From Hydrurus foetidus (Eukaryota): a stretch of 64,000 bases of DNA. The notes under the pieces are model-generated. The model was not told the DNA's origin. It saw only the letters and a list, made by a program, of their open reading frames with translations, and did not search any database. The stretch is from the NCBI GenBank assembly GCA_900617105.1, contig UYFQ01000001.1:1860001-1924000 (forward strand), written 5' to 3'. A program made the translations under genes and the position numbers. Of this stretch, positions 50,256-59,637 are shown piece after piece. Each line of letters begins with the position of its first letter. Position 1 is the stretch's first letter.

Positions 50256-50855
50256 ATGCGCAAAGCAAAAGTAAAACCCACACCTCGCGTCATCGTCTTC
50301 GCTGGCCCCAACGGCGCAGGCAAGTCAACACACGCCGATGCCATTTTGGCAACGCTTGGCATTGAAACGTTTGTCAACGCCGACTTCATTGCCCGTGGCC
50401 TGTCTGGCCGCAACACAGATGCCGTTGCGTTTGAAGCAGGCCGCATCATGCTCAAGCGTTTGCATCATTTGGCAGATTCAAAAGCAGACTTTGCCTTTGA
50501 ATCAACGCTTTCAAGCCGTACGTTTGCATTGTTCCTGCGCAAGCTAAAAGCACAGGGTTATGCGGTGGTTATTTATTACTTTGCGCTAAGTAGTGCACAA
50601 CTCGCAGTGCGCCGCGTGAAGCTACGCGTGTCGCTGGGCGGGCATCATGTGCCGAGTGACGTTGTACAACGGCGGTTTGGTCGCAGCTTAAGCAACTTTT
50701 TCACGCTCTACATGCCGCTAGCCGATGAGTGGACATTGTTTGATAATTCGCAAAAGGGAAAACCTAAGCGCGTGGCGGCCCAGTTGCTAGCTAAATTGAC
50801 CATTACCGAGATCACAACATGGCAAAAACTGCAAAAACTCAGCAAAACTTTTTGA
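50256..50855 (+). CDS. Zeta-toxin-like P-loop NTPase (COG4185-like)
   Basis: AGPNGAGKST, FVNADFIA, FESTLS, RVSLGGHHVP, FDNS. Confidence 0.85.
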   Translation: MRKAKVKPTPRVIVFAGPNGAGKSTHADAILATLGIETFVNADFIARGLSGRNTDAVAFEAGRIMLKRLHHLADSKADFAFESTLSSRTFALFLRKLKAQGYAVVIYYFALSSAQLAVRRVKLRVSLGGHHVPSDVVQRRFGRSLSNFFTLYMPLADEWTLFDNSQKGKPKRVAAQLLAKLTITEITTWQKLQKLSKTF

Positions 50856-50989
50856 CACCGTCGCCCAAGGAGCTAGACAAAGCACTGGCCAAGTCTGCCA
50901 GGCAAGCCGAAGCTCTTGCGGCTGCGTATGGCGTCAAGGTGCCATATGCAAGGGCCACAGCCGCCCATCGCTCACCTGTCAAGCAGTGA
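50819..50989 (+). CDS. 56-aa putative partner of the zeta-like NTPase
   Basis: Translated by hand: MAKTAKTQQNFLTPSPKELDKALAKSARQAEALAAAYGVKVPYARATAAHRSPVKQ; overlaps the upstream gene's 3' end. Confidence 0.6.
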   Translation: MAKTAKTQQNFLTPSPKELDKALAKSARQAEALAAAYGVKVPYARATAAHRSPVKQ

Positions 50990-51053
50990 CCGCAACTTCT
51001 CTAAAAAAACTCATTTCGTTAGAACTTTTCACTGAGCTTATGAAAGGCCAGAA

Positions 51054-51335
51054 ATGAGCAAACCAGACAACTACGCCAGCGTGTGGGACGCGCTGGCCGA
51101 TACCCCCGAGCAAGCTGCCAACCTGCGCACGCGGGCTGAGTTGATGCAGCAAATTGCAGCCATCGTGAAGGAAAGCAAATGGACGCAGGTTGAAGCCGCG
51201 GCCCAGTGCGGCATCACACAGCCCCGCATGAATGACTTGCTGCGCGGGCGGGTGTCACGGTTCTCGCTGGACGCGCTGGTCAACGTTGCCACAGCCATCG
51301 GGCGACGCGTGCATCTGGAGCTTGAGGCGGCTTGA
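51054..51335 (+). CDS. XRE-family HTH protein (HigA-like antitoxin)
   Basis: SVWDAL, TQVEAA..CGITQPRMNDLLRG...FSLDAL. Confidence 0.85.
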   Translation: MSKPDNYASVWDALADTPEQAANLRTRAELMQQIAAIVKESKWTQVEAAAQCGITQPRMNDLLRGRVSRFSLDALVNVATAIGRRVHLELEAA

Positions 51336-51417
51336 AAGAAGACAGTCGGGGTTACTTCAGACTCCAATCAGCCCGGCAAGCCTTGCATTCCAACCCACTA
51401 GCCGCAAGGTAAGCCGT

Positions 51418-51858
51418 ATGAGCGAATCCCTGCACATCGTCTGCCCCCATTGCCAAACTACCAACCGCATCCGTAGAGACCAGCTTGCCAGCGCGCCCGA
51501 CTGCGGGCAGTGCAAGCAGCCGCTGTTCACCGGCAAGCCAGTTGACCTGGCCGAGGCGGCATTTGACAAGCACCTGCAGCGCAACCAGATCCCGCTGCTG
51601 GTGGATTTTTGGGCGCCGTGGTGCGGCCCGTGCCGCCAGATGGCCCCTGGCTACGTGCAGGCTGCCGCCCAGCTGGAGCACCGTGTGCGCGTGGCCAAGG
51701 TGGACACCGAGGCGCAGCAGGCGCTAGGTGCACGCTACCAGATCCGCAGCATTCCGACGCTGGCATTGTTCGTCAATGGCCGCCAGGTGGCCCGCCAGGC
51801 CGGTGCCATGAGCGCCAGCGACATCGTGCGCTGGACGCGACAGAACGTACCAGCCTGA
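51418..51858 (+). CDS. trxC: Thioredoxin 2
   Basis: Zn finger CPHC..CGQC plus WCGPC. Confidence 0.93.
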   Translation: MSESLHIVCPHCQTTNRIRRDQLASAPDCGQCKQPLFTGKPVDLAEAAFDKHLQRNQIPLLVDFWAPWCGPCRQMAPGYVQAAAQLEHRVRVAKVDTEAQQALGARYQIRSIPTLALFVNGRQVARQAGAMSASDIVRWTRQNVPA

Positions 51859-51890
51859 CAAAAAAATTCGGACCGAACTCCAAGCGATTT

Positions 51891-51932
51891 AATAAACCCC
51901 AATTTGGGTACAATAAACCCCATTATGGGTAT
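51891..51932. promoter_or_regulatory. Tandem 21 bp operator-like repeats
   Basis: AATAAACCCCAATTTGGGTAC followed by AATAAACCCCATTATGGGTAT, each containing an ACCC..GGGT palindrome. Confidence 0.7.
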
Positions 51933-51963
51933 CATTGAAACTTCACCGTTATTGCAACCCACC

Positions 51964-52542
51964 ATGGCAGACGCCTTGTTCCCCAAGGTGCGCCAGCGGG
52001 TTCTGGCTGTACTGTTTGGCAACCCGGGGCGTAGTTTTTATGCCAACGAGGTGATTGCCCTTGCGCAGTCGGGCACTGGCGCTGTGCAGCGCGAGCTGAC
52101 GGCTTTGCTTGATGCGGGTTTGCTGATCATGACCAAGCGCGGTAATCAAAAGCACTTTCAGGCCAACACGGCTGCCCCGGTGTTTGCCGAGCTGCGTGGG
52201 CTGGTGCTTAAAACGATGGGCTTGGCTGATGTGTTGCGGGCTGCGCTCACGCCGCTTGAGGCGCAGATCAGTGCTGCTTTTGTTTATGGATCGGTAGCCA
52301 AGCATGAGGACACGGCGCAAAGCGATATTGACGTGCTGATCGTCAGCAGCACATTGGGTTATGCCGATGTTTTTGGTGCACTTGAAAGCGCCACCACCCA
52401 ACTAGGCCGCAAAGTAAACCCGACGCTGTACACGCCACAAGACATTGCCAAACGCCTTGCGCAAGACAACGCGTTTGTCTCACGTGTTTTGCAACAACCC
52501 AAAATCTGGTTGATCGGAAGTGAGGAGCAATTGCATGGCTGA
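51964..52542 (+). CDS. wHTH + minimal nucleotidyltransferase (MNT antitoxin)
   Basis: N-terminal HTH (GTGAVQREL); FVYGSVA...SDIDVL (GS-x-DxD). Start is uncertain (51925 or 51964). Confidence 0.85.
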   Translation: MADALFPKVRQRVLAVLFGNPGRSFYANEVIALAQSGTGAVQRELTALLDAGLLIMTKRGNQKHFQANTAAPVFAELRGLVLKTMGLADVLRAALTPLEAQISAAFVYGSVAKHEDTAQSDIDVLIVSSTLGYADVFGALESATTQLGRKVNPTLYTPQDIAKRLAQDNAFVSRVLQQPKIWLIGSEEQLHG

Positions 52543-52957
52543 ACCCATCAACAAACCGCTCGACAACTTGAGCGGTGCTGGCAAGCCGCTGCAGCAAGAA
52601 CCGTTTGATGCGAACGAATTTGCCGGCCTGCTGCGCAGTGGGATTGCACGCCTGAAGGATGCGCGTAACACCACGTTGGCCCTTGAAAGTAGGTTTGACC
52701 TGGCGTACAACGCGGCTCACTCCCTTAGCCTGGCTGCACTTCGACGCAAGGGGTATCGGTCTGGCAACCGATACATCGTTTTTCAGGTTCTACCGCACAC
52801 GCTGGGCTTGGGTGCAGACGTCTGGCGCGTGCTCGACAAATGCCACAACACGCGCAACTTGGGTGAATACGAAGGCATGCTGGATGTTGACGAACGGCTG
52901 GTCACAGACCTGATTACGGCCGCGCAGGCTGTGGCGGATGCTGTGAGTAAGTCATAG
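52535..52957 (+). CDS. HEPN-like protein (putative toxin partner of the MNT)
   Basis: All-helical; DLAYNAAH, RNLGEY (HEPN R-x4-Y variant); overlaps the MNT gene. Confidence 0.7.
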   Translation: MAEPINKPLDNLSGAGKPLQQEPFDANEFAGLLRSGIARLKDARNTTLALESRFDLAYNAAHSLSLAALRRKGYRSGNRYIVFQVLPHTLGLGADVWRVLDKCHNTRNLGEYEGMLDVDERLVTDLITAAQAVADAVSKS

Positions 52958-53064
52958 TATTTGCTACATATTCAGTAGCTGCTTGCGCCCGTATTTATTT
53001 AGCTACAGGCTGATTTAATGCCTAAAAAACCGCTAAAAAGCCCTCTTTCGCTTCAATTAACCGA

Positions 53065-53814
53065 CTAACCCTTTTGAGCCGCCGCTAACTTGCGGCGCAC
53101 ATGCAAATGTATTTGCATTGAATCGCCCTCACCCGATTTCACTTCTTTGACTTCCAAATACGCCGCCTGCTGGCGAATCAGCTCGCCTAATTTCGACACG
53201 CCGTAGTTGCGCGCGTCAAACGATGGATTGCTACGGGTGATCTGGCTGCCCAAGGCTGAAAGGGTTGTCCAGCCGTCTTCGCGCATGGTGGCGGTCAAGG
53301 CATTTAACAGCATGGGTTTGAGTTTTGGCAGCTCGGCCACGGGCTCTTGGCCGAGCTTGGCTTCTTCGGGCTCGTTGCGCAAGATCTCGGTGTAGATGAA
53401 CTTGTCGCATGCAGCTACAAAGGGCTCGGGCGTTTTACGCTCGCCAAAACCATACACCAACAGCCCGGCTTCGCGGATGCGTGTAGCCAGGCGGGTGAAG
53501 TCGCTGTCGCTCGACACCAGACAAAAGCCATCGACCGCATTAGCGTGCAACACATCCATGGCGTCGATGATCAACGCGGAGTCGGTGGCGTTTTTACCGC
53601 TGGCGTACGCAAACTGCTGTATGGGCTGAATGGCCATCGTGTGCAGGACCTCCTTCCAGCTTTTGAGGTTGGTCGTAGTCCAGTCGCCGTAAGCACGCTT
53701 GATGGCGGCGGTGCCGTAGCGCGAAACCTCGGCCAGCAGCTCTTGAATCACTGCGGCTTGCGCGTTGTCGGCGTCAATCAAGACGGCTAGCTTTTGGTTG
53801 GTGTTGGTGGCCAT
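53065..53814 (-). CDS. NYN domain + OST-HTH/LOTUS protein
   Basis: LIDADN, GKNATD, SSDSDF, FDARNYG..KL. Confidence 0.9.
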   Translation of the reverse strand: MATNTNQKLAVLIDADNAQAAVIQELLAEVSRYGTAAIKRAYGDWTTTNLKSWKEVLHTMAIQPIQQFAYASGKNATDSALIIDAMDVLHANAVDGFCLVSSDSDFTRLATRIREAGLLVYGFGERKTPEPFVAACDKFIYTEILRNEPEEAKLGQEPVAELPKLKPMLLNALTATMREDGWTTLSALGSQITRSNPSFDARNYGVSKLGELIRQQAAYLEVKEVKSGEGDSMQIHLHVRRKLAAAQKG

Positions 53815-54155
53815 GACGTTTACCTTTGCGGTTGATCTCACCATCGTACGGGCTATTAATTGAAACGCCGACGCGCTGATGCGATCGTGTCATGCAACTT
53901 ACCTGCCCGACCCCCTAAAAATTCGCCGTCACTCTGCTGGGCTTGGCGCTGGCAATTTCTTGCAGCGCGGTTTTGGCCCGCAAAAAACCAACGCTCCTGG
54001 CAGTACGGTGTCGCTTGACCGGCCTGCGGGCTTGACGCCTTTGACCGATACCGCCACCGAATTGCAACATATTCAGTAACATTTACCCCAACTCGTGGGC
54101 GACGTTAAACTCCGTTAATGCTTAAACCAGTTTGCTACCCCACAGGCCTTAAGCG

Positions 54156-56090
54156 ATGAGATTGGTCAACACCTGCATCACGCGTTTTTTTGCCCGCGTT
54201 GCGCTGGCTTTGCTGGCGCTAATGGCGCTGCTGGCATACGGCTCGGCACAGGCGCAAATTCAGCGTTCAATCGTCAACCCCAGCTTTGAGCTGCCATTTA
54301 CTGGCCCGCGAGCGGCGCAGCTCAATGTGTTTTTTACCTTCAGTCCAAATGCGTGGATAGCTGTGGACGCTGGTGAGATTCCTGGCTGGGAAACCACCCA
54401 CCCGATTCAGCCCAACGGCTGCCCGGCCGGCAGCACGGCCTACACCGCGCCGTACAACTGCACACCCATTGAGGTGTGGGCCAACAGTTTTACGGGCGTA
54501 ATCCCGCCGAACGGTATTGTTTTGGCCGAACTCAACGCCTACACATCATCCAAGCTGTATCAAAACATCTGCATGAACACTGGCGAAACATTTGCATTTA
54601 ACTTTGCACACCGTGGTCGGAGCGGTGCAGACCGGGCGCAGTTGCAAATTGGTGCGGCCAACACGGTGTTGCTGGATTTCACCACCAACATTTCAGGCAC
54701 CGGCGTTCTAAACGCAGGTGGCGCTGCTGCCGCGCAAAGCGCTACCGGCATTGCCAACGGCTGGACCCGCTACGCTGGCAACTACTTTTATACCGGCGCA
54801 TCAGGCGTGCAACCGCTGGGCTTTTCAGCGATTTCTACAGCTGGCGGCAACCTGAGTTCGGGCAACCTGCTTGACGACATCAACATTGCACTGAAACCTT
54901 ATGTTGAATTTGTCGGCAGCACGGGCAGCGACACCGAGGGCGGTACCTACACTCCGCCACGCATCAAGGTGGTGGGCGTCGTGCCGGCAGGCGGCCTGGT
55001 GCTGAATCTTGCCGTCAGCGGCACAGCTGTGTTCGGCACAAAGTTTGACTACACCGGCACTTCAACCCTGACGGTTTCAAGCGGCACCGCCAGCACCTTG
55101 AATGTGACCGTGCCGCCAGGCAACTACAGCGACGCAACGGCCAACAACATTTTCAGCTTGCCCATCAGGCTGATCGACAACGCCGTGATTGAAGACAACA
55201 CCACCGTGGTGTTGACCATGCCAGCCAACGGTGCTGCCAGCCCCTTTGTGAACGCCAACGCCACGGCGTGCGGCGGCCTATTCAACCCGGTGTACACCCA
55301 CACCGTGATTGACAACGACATTGACCTGCAGACCACCAAAACCAGCAGCCCGACTGCGGCCCAAGCCATCGGCAGCACGCTGACTTACACCGTGACCTAC
55401 GCCAACGCCACCCCGCTGGTGTTAACACTAGCGCCACTGACAGCGCACAACGCACAAACCGTGACCATCAGCGACGCGCAGCCTGTGGGGGTTAGCTTTG
55501 CCGCGTGGACTTGCACGGCGGCGGGCACCACTTGCCCGGCCGCCAGCGGCAGCGGCTCAATCGCGCAAACGGCAAATTTACCCGTTGGCTCTACGCTGAC
55601 GTATGTAGTGCAGGCGGTGGTGGCCAGCAACACGTATTGCGGCACCTCAGTAGTTAATACCAGCACCGTTGGAGGCACGGCCACCAGCCCGCTGGGCGCC
55701 AGTTTGACTGAAGGCACCAGTGTGCAGGGCAACCCGGGCTATGTATTCAAACCCAACACTGCAACCGTCAGCAATCCCATATTGCCGTGCGCCAACCTGA
55801 GCATTACCAAAACCGATAACGTCAATACCGTGGTGGCGGGGCAAACCGTGGTGTACGACGTGGTCGTAGCCAATGCCGGGCCGTCAGCAGCCAACAACGC
55901 GCTGCTGCGCGACCCGGTTGCATCGGGTCTGGTTTGCACGGCTGTAGCGTGCACCGGCTTTACCGGCCTGGCCGCCTGCCCGGCACCCGCCAACGTAACC
56001 ATTGGCTTGCTGCAAGGCAGCGGCATTTTGCTGAACAACCTGCCGGCCAATTCAAGCCTCAGCTTTCAGGTGACTTGCGGCGTTTTGTGA
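54156..56090 (+). CDS. Secreted DUF11-repeat surface protein
   Basis: Signal peptide AQA|Q; DLQTTKT..TYTVTYAN and NLSITKTD..YDVVVANAGPSAA repeats. Confidence 0.8.
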   Translation: MRLVNTCITRFFARVALALLALMALLAYGSAQAQIQRSIVNPSFELPFTGPRAAQLNVFFTFSPNAWIAVDAGEIPGWETTHPIQPNGCPAGSTAYTAPYNCTPIEVWANSFTGVIPPNGIVLAELNAYTSSKLYQNICMNTGETFAFNFAHRGRSGADRAQLQIGAANTVLLDFTTNISGTGVLNAGGAAAAQSATGIANGWTRYAGNYFYTGASGVQPLGFSAISTAGGNLSSGNLLDDINIALKPYVEFVGSTGSDTEGGTYTPPRIKVVGVVPAGGLVLNLAVSGTAVFGTKFDYTGTSTLTVSSGTASTLNVTVPPGNYSDATANNIFSLPIRLIDNAVIEDNTTVVLTMPANGAASPFVNANATACGGLFNPVYTHTVIDNDIDLQTTKTSSPTAAQAIGSTLTYTVTYANATPLVLTLAPLTAHNAQTVTISDAQPVGVSFAAWTCTAAGTTCPAASGSGSIAQTANLPVGSTLTYVVQAVVASNTYCGTSVVNTSTVGGTATSPLGASLTEGTSVQGNPGYVFKPNTATVSNPILPCANLSITKTDNVNTVVAGQTVVYDVVVANAGPSAANNALLRDPVASGLVCTAVACTGFTGLAACPAPANVTIGLLQGSGILLNNLPANSSLSFQVTCGVL

Positions 56091-56096
56091 GCAGCC

Positions 56097-56636
56097 GTGC
56101 AGTACGCCGACGTTCTTGATTTCTGGTTTGACAAACTTTCGGATAAGCAGCACTTCACCAAAGACGCTGCGCTGGACGAGAACATTCGCACCCGCTTCGG
56201 CTTGACGCTTGAAGCCGCTGCGCGGTGCGAGCTGTTCGCCTGGCGAGCAACGGCGCAAGGCGCGCTGGCTGAAATTATTGTGCTGGACCAGTTTTCACGC
56301 AACGTGTACCGCGACACACCGCGCGCTTTTGCGCAAGACGCGCTGGCGCTGGCTTTGGCGCAACAATTGGTCGCCAGCGAGCAACACTTGAGCTTGCTTG
56401 TGCCCCAGCGCCGCTTTGTGTACGTGCCGTACATGCATAGCGAGTCGCTGCTGATTCATGCGCAGGCGGTTGCCCTGTTCAGGCAGGCTGGACTTGAGGA
56501 CAACCTCGACTTTGAGCTGCGCCACCAGGCCATCATCAAGCGCTTTGACCGTTACCCGCATCGCAATGCGATTTTGGGCAGAAGCTCCAGTGAGCAGGAA
56601 ATAGCGTTTTTAACGGAACCTGGTTCGTCGTTTTAA
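56097..56636 (+). CDS. DUF924 family protein
   Basis: VLDFWF, LDQFSRNVYR, YMHSE, RYPHRNAILGR. Confidence 0.9.
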   Translation: MQYADVLDFWFDKLSDKQHFTKDAALDENIRTRFGLTLEAAARCELFAWRATAQGALAEIIVLDQFSRNVYRDTPRAFAQDALALALAQQLVASEQHLSLLVPQRRFVYVPYMHSESLLIHAQAVALFRQAGLEDNLDFELRHQAIIKRFDRYPHRNAILGRSSSEQEIAFLTEPGSSF

Positions 56637-56750
56637 TCAGGCAAACGCTCCAGGGGCCTGACCGATGCTGATTTAGATTTCAGTTTGCGTTGGGGCTTGC
56701 ATGTGGGTCACGGCTTTAGCGCAGTCGCCGCAACACGTTACATCGTGCAA

Positions 56751-58649
56751 ATGGAATTTAAAACACTGCTCAAAACCGACCGGGCCTTTGACGCGCCTGC
56801 CGCGCAGCGCGCCGCTGCCACTACTCAAGACTTTCGTTTAGAGAACAAACGCTCGCTTGCTGACCCGGCTGCTTTTTGGGGTGAAGAAGCAAAACGGCAC
56901 CACTGGTTTGAGCCGTGGACGAGCGTGCTTGAGCACAACTTTCCGGACCACGCCTGGTTTGTGGGCGGCAAAACCAACATCACCTACAACTGCCTGGACA
57001 GGCACGCCAACAGCCCCAAGCGTGACCAGAACGCCATCGTCTGGATCGGCGAAGACGGCTCGCGCCGCGCGTTGACGTACGCGCAGTTGCTTGACCAGGT
57101 GTCGCGATTTGCATCCGCCCTGCGGGCACTAGGCGCGCAAGTGGGCGACCGCGTCATCGTCTACATGCCGCTGACGCTTGAAGGCGTGATTGCCATGCTG
57201 GCCTGCGCCAGGCTGGGTGCGATTCACAGCGTGATTTATGCGGGCTTGGGGGTCAGCGCGATTCGTGACCGCATTAAAGATGCAGGCGCAAAAGTCGTGA
57301 TTGCGGGCGACCTGAGCTACCGTCGCGGCAAGCCGGTTGAGCTGCACTCCATCGTGGCAGAAGCTACTCAAGATCTGGAGCTAGACGCCTTGATCTGGTT
57401 CACGCGGGGTGAGGTATTCAAGCGTTCGGCACGTGAATATGAATTCAATGAATTGCTTGCCGCGCACCCGGCTGGCGTAGAAGCCGTGCCGGTAGATTCC
57501 GAACACCCGCTTTATATTTTGTACACCAGCGGCAGCACGGGCAAACCCAAAGGGGTGGTGCATGCACACGGTGGCTACATGGTGGGGACTGGCTACCACC
57601 TGCGCACGTTTTTTGACAGCAAGCCGGGTGATATTTTTTGGGCAACGTCTGACATTGGCTGGATTGTGGGGCACTCGTACATCGTGTACGGACCGCTGCT
57701 GGAAGGGCTGACCAGCGTGCTGCGGGAAGGCGCGCCTGACTACCCCGATGCAGGCGCTGTGTGGGGCGTGGTTGAGCGCGAACGCGTGAACGTCATGTTT
57801 ACCGCGCCTACCGCAATTCACATGTTTATGAAGTTTGGCGCGACCTTTCCGGCCAGCCGTGATTTATCAAGCCTGCGTTTTATTGGCGTGGCGGGTGAAA
57901 CGATGAACCCTGAAGCCTGTGAATGGGCGTTTGAGTATTTGATGGACGGCGGCAAGCGCGGCTTTGTTGCCGGCAACTGGTGGCAAACCGAGCTGAGCGC
58001 GCCAACCCTGTGCACGCCGATTGGCATCAGCGCCAAGCCCGGCGCGTTGGGAATTGCACTGGCCGGGGTAGACGCTGCGGTGGTCGATGAAAACGGCGTA
58101 GCAGTAGCGCCGGGCGCAGGCGGCCTGCTGGTGCTGCGCCAGCCGCTGCCCAGCACGATGTGCACGCTGTGGGGCGACCGTGCACGGTAGCAGCAATATT
58201 TTTCAGAAATTCCGGGTAATGTTTACAGCGCTGGCGATGTTGCCAGTTGCGACGCGAACGGCTACTTTTCAGTCATGGGGCGTGCTGACGATGTGCTGAA
58301 CGTTGCTGGGCACCGGATTGGCACGGCAGATGTGGAGAGCGCTTTGGTGTCGCACAGCGCGGTGGCAGAGGCCGCTGTGATTGGCGTGCCAGACGACGTC
58401 AAGGGCGAAGCGATTTACGCCTTTGTGGTGTTGCGGGCCGGACCTGCCGAACGATTGCCAGGGGCCGGGCCGCTTGAGGCAGAACTGATCACGCATGTGC
58501 GGCACGAGCTTGGGCCGATTGCCACACCCAGCAAACTCGACATTGTGGTCAAGCTGCCAAAAACACGGTTAGGCAAAATTTTGCGCCGCTTGCTAAAAGC
58601 CCAGGCCATGGGCCGCGACCCGGGCGATTTGTCTACGCTTAAAGAGTGA
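56751..58649 (+). pseudogene. acs: Acetate/propionate--CoA ligase interrupted by an in-frame TAG (58188-58190)
   Basis: LYTSGSTGKPKG and WWQTE; the frame continues after the TAG through GRADDVLNVAGHRIG to GDLSTL; other conserved motifs are degraded. Confidence 0.88.
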
Positions 58650-58772
58650 GTTAAAGCGTAAATTTTTAAGCGTTGCTCGCTGGTACGGCGGCGCAAACAA
58701 GCTCTTGGCCGACAGACACCGCAACATATTGATGGGGTAATCCAGACTTTACTGCTCGCGTAAAGGAAATTC

Positions 58773-59012
58773 ATGCCTCAAATCGCCCAAATCGTTGGCC
58801 TGGTCACTTATCGGCCGGGCGACGGCGCGCCGATTGAAATTCCGTTTGGCCAAATTGAGGTGGAGCTCGCCCCCGACAGTGCCACGCTGAGCTGGGGCAC
58901 GCCTGAAGGCGTGGCGGGCTTGACGGCAATGCCGCTTATCCAGTTTGATGATTACGTTCAAAAAAGCTGCATCACGATGGCGGGCTACCACCCGCCGCCG
59001 CCTGCTATATAA
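58773..59012 (+). CDS. Small hypothetical protein
   Basis: AAGGA RBS, 79-aa ORF with host-like codons. Confidence 0.6.
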   Translation: MPQIAQIVGLVTYRPGDGAPIEIPFGQIEVELAPDSATLSWGTPEGVAGLTAMPLIQFDDYVQKSCITMAGYHPPPPAI

Positions 59013-59073
59013 AAAATAGCTGCTAGCGCCTATATTAATTGGGCTAGAGGTGTATTTAGCTTAAAATAGCGCA

Positions 59074-59637
59074 GTGTCAATCAATTTCATTGCGCCGCAA
59101 ACCCTGCTGCGCTTTAACAAGCCCTACGGCGTGCTGAGCCAGTTCACCCCTGAAGGCCGTTGGCAGGGGTTGCGCGACTTCATCGACATGCCCGGCGTGT
59201 ATGCGTGTGGGCGGTTAGATGCTGACAGTGAGGGCCTGCTGCTGTTGACGAGTGATGGCGTTTTGCAAGCCCGCATCAGCGATCCGCGCTTCAAAATGCA
59301 AAAAACCTACCTTGTGCAAGTCGAAGGCACGCCGACTGAGGCGGCGCTTGAAGCATTTCGGGTCGGTGTGCAGCTCAACGACGGCGTCACGCTGCCCGCC
59401 CAAGCGAGGCTCATTGATGAGCCCGCCCACCTGTGGCCGCGCACGCCGCCCGTGAGGGTGCGCCAAAGCATTCCCACTGCGTGGCTGGAGATTTGTATTT
59501 CTGAGGGGCGCAACCGCCAGGTGCGCCGCATGACGGCTGCGGTTGGTCTGCCCTGCCTGCGATTGATTCGCTCCCAAATTGGGCCGTATGTGCTCAGCGG
59601 CCTGGCACCTGGCAAGTTTGATTGGGTGAGTGTTTAA
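59074..59637 (+). CDS. Pseudouridine synthase (RluE/RsuA family)
   Basis: [35 protein letters not shown]. Confidence 0.92.
   Translation: MSINFIAPQTLLRFNKPYGVLSQFTPEGRWQGLRDFIDMPGVYACGRLDADSEGLLLLTSDGVLQARISDPRFKMQKTYLVQVEGTPTEAALEAFRVGVQLNDGVTLPAQARLIDEPAHLWPRTPPVRVRQSIPTAWLEICISEGRNRQVRRMTAAVGLPCLRLIRSQIGPYVLSGLAPGKFDWVSV

Noticed and set aside
46905..53844. Prophage or ICE
   Set aside because: No integrase, structural, conjugation or att features.
58188..58190. Pyrrolysine or amber read-through in acs
   Set aside because: No pyl genes are seen, the codon is one change from Tyr, and other motifs are also degraded.
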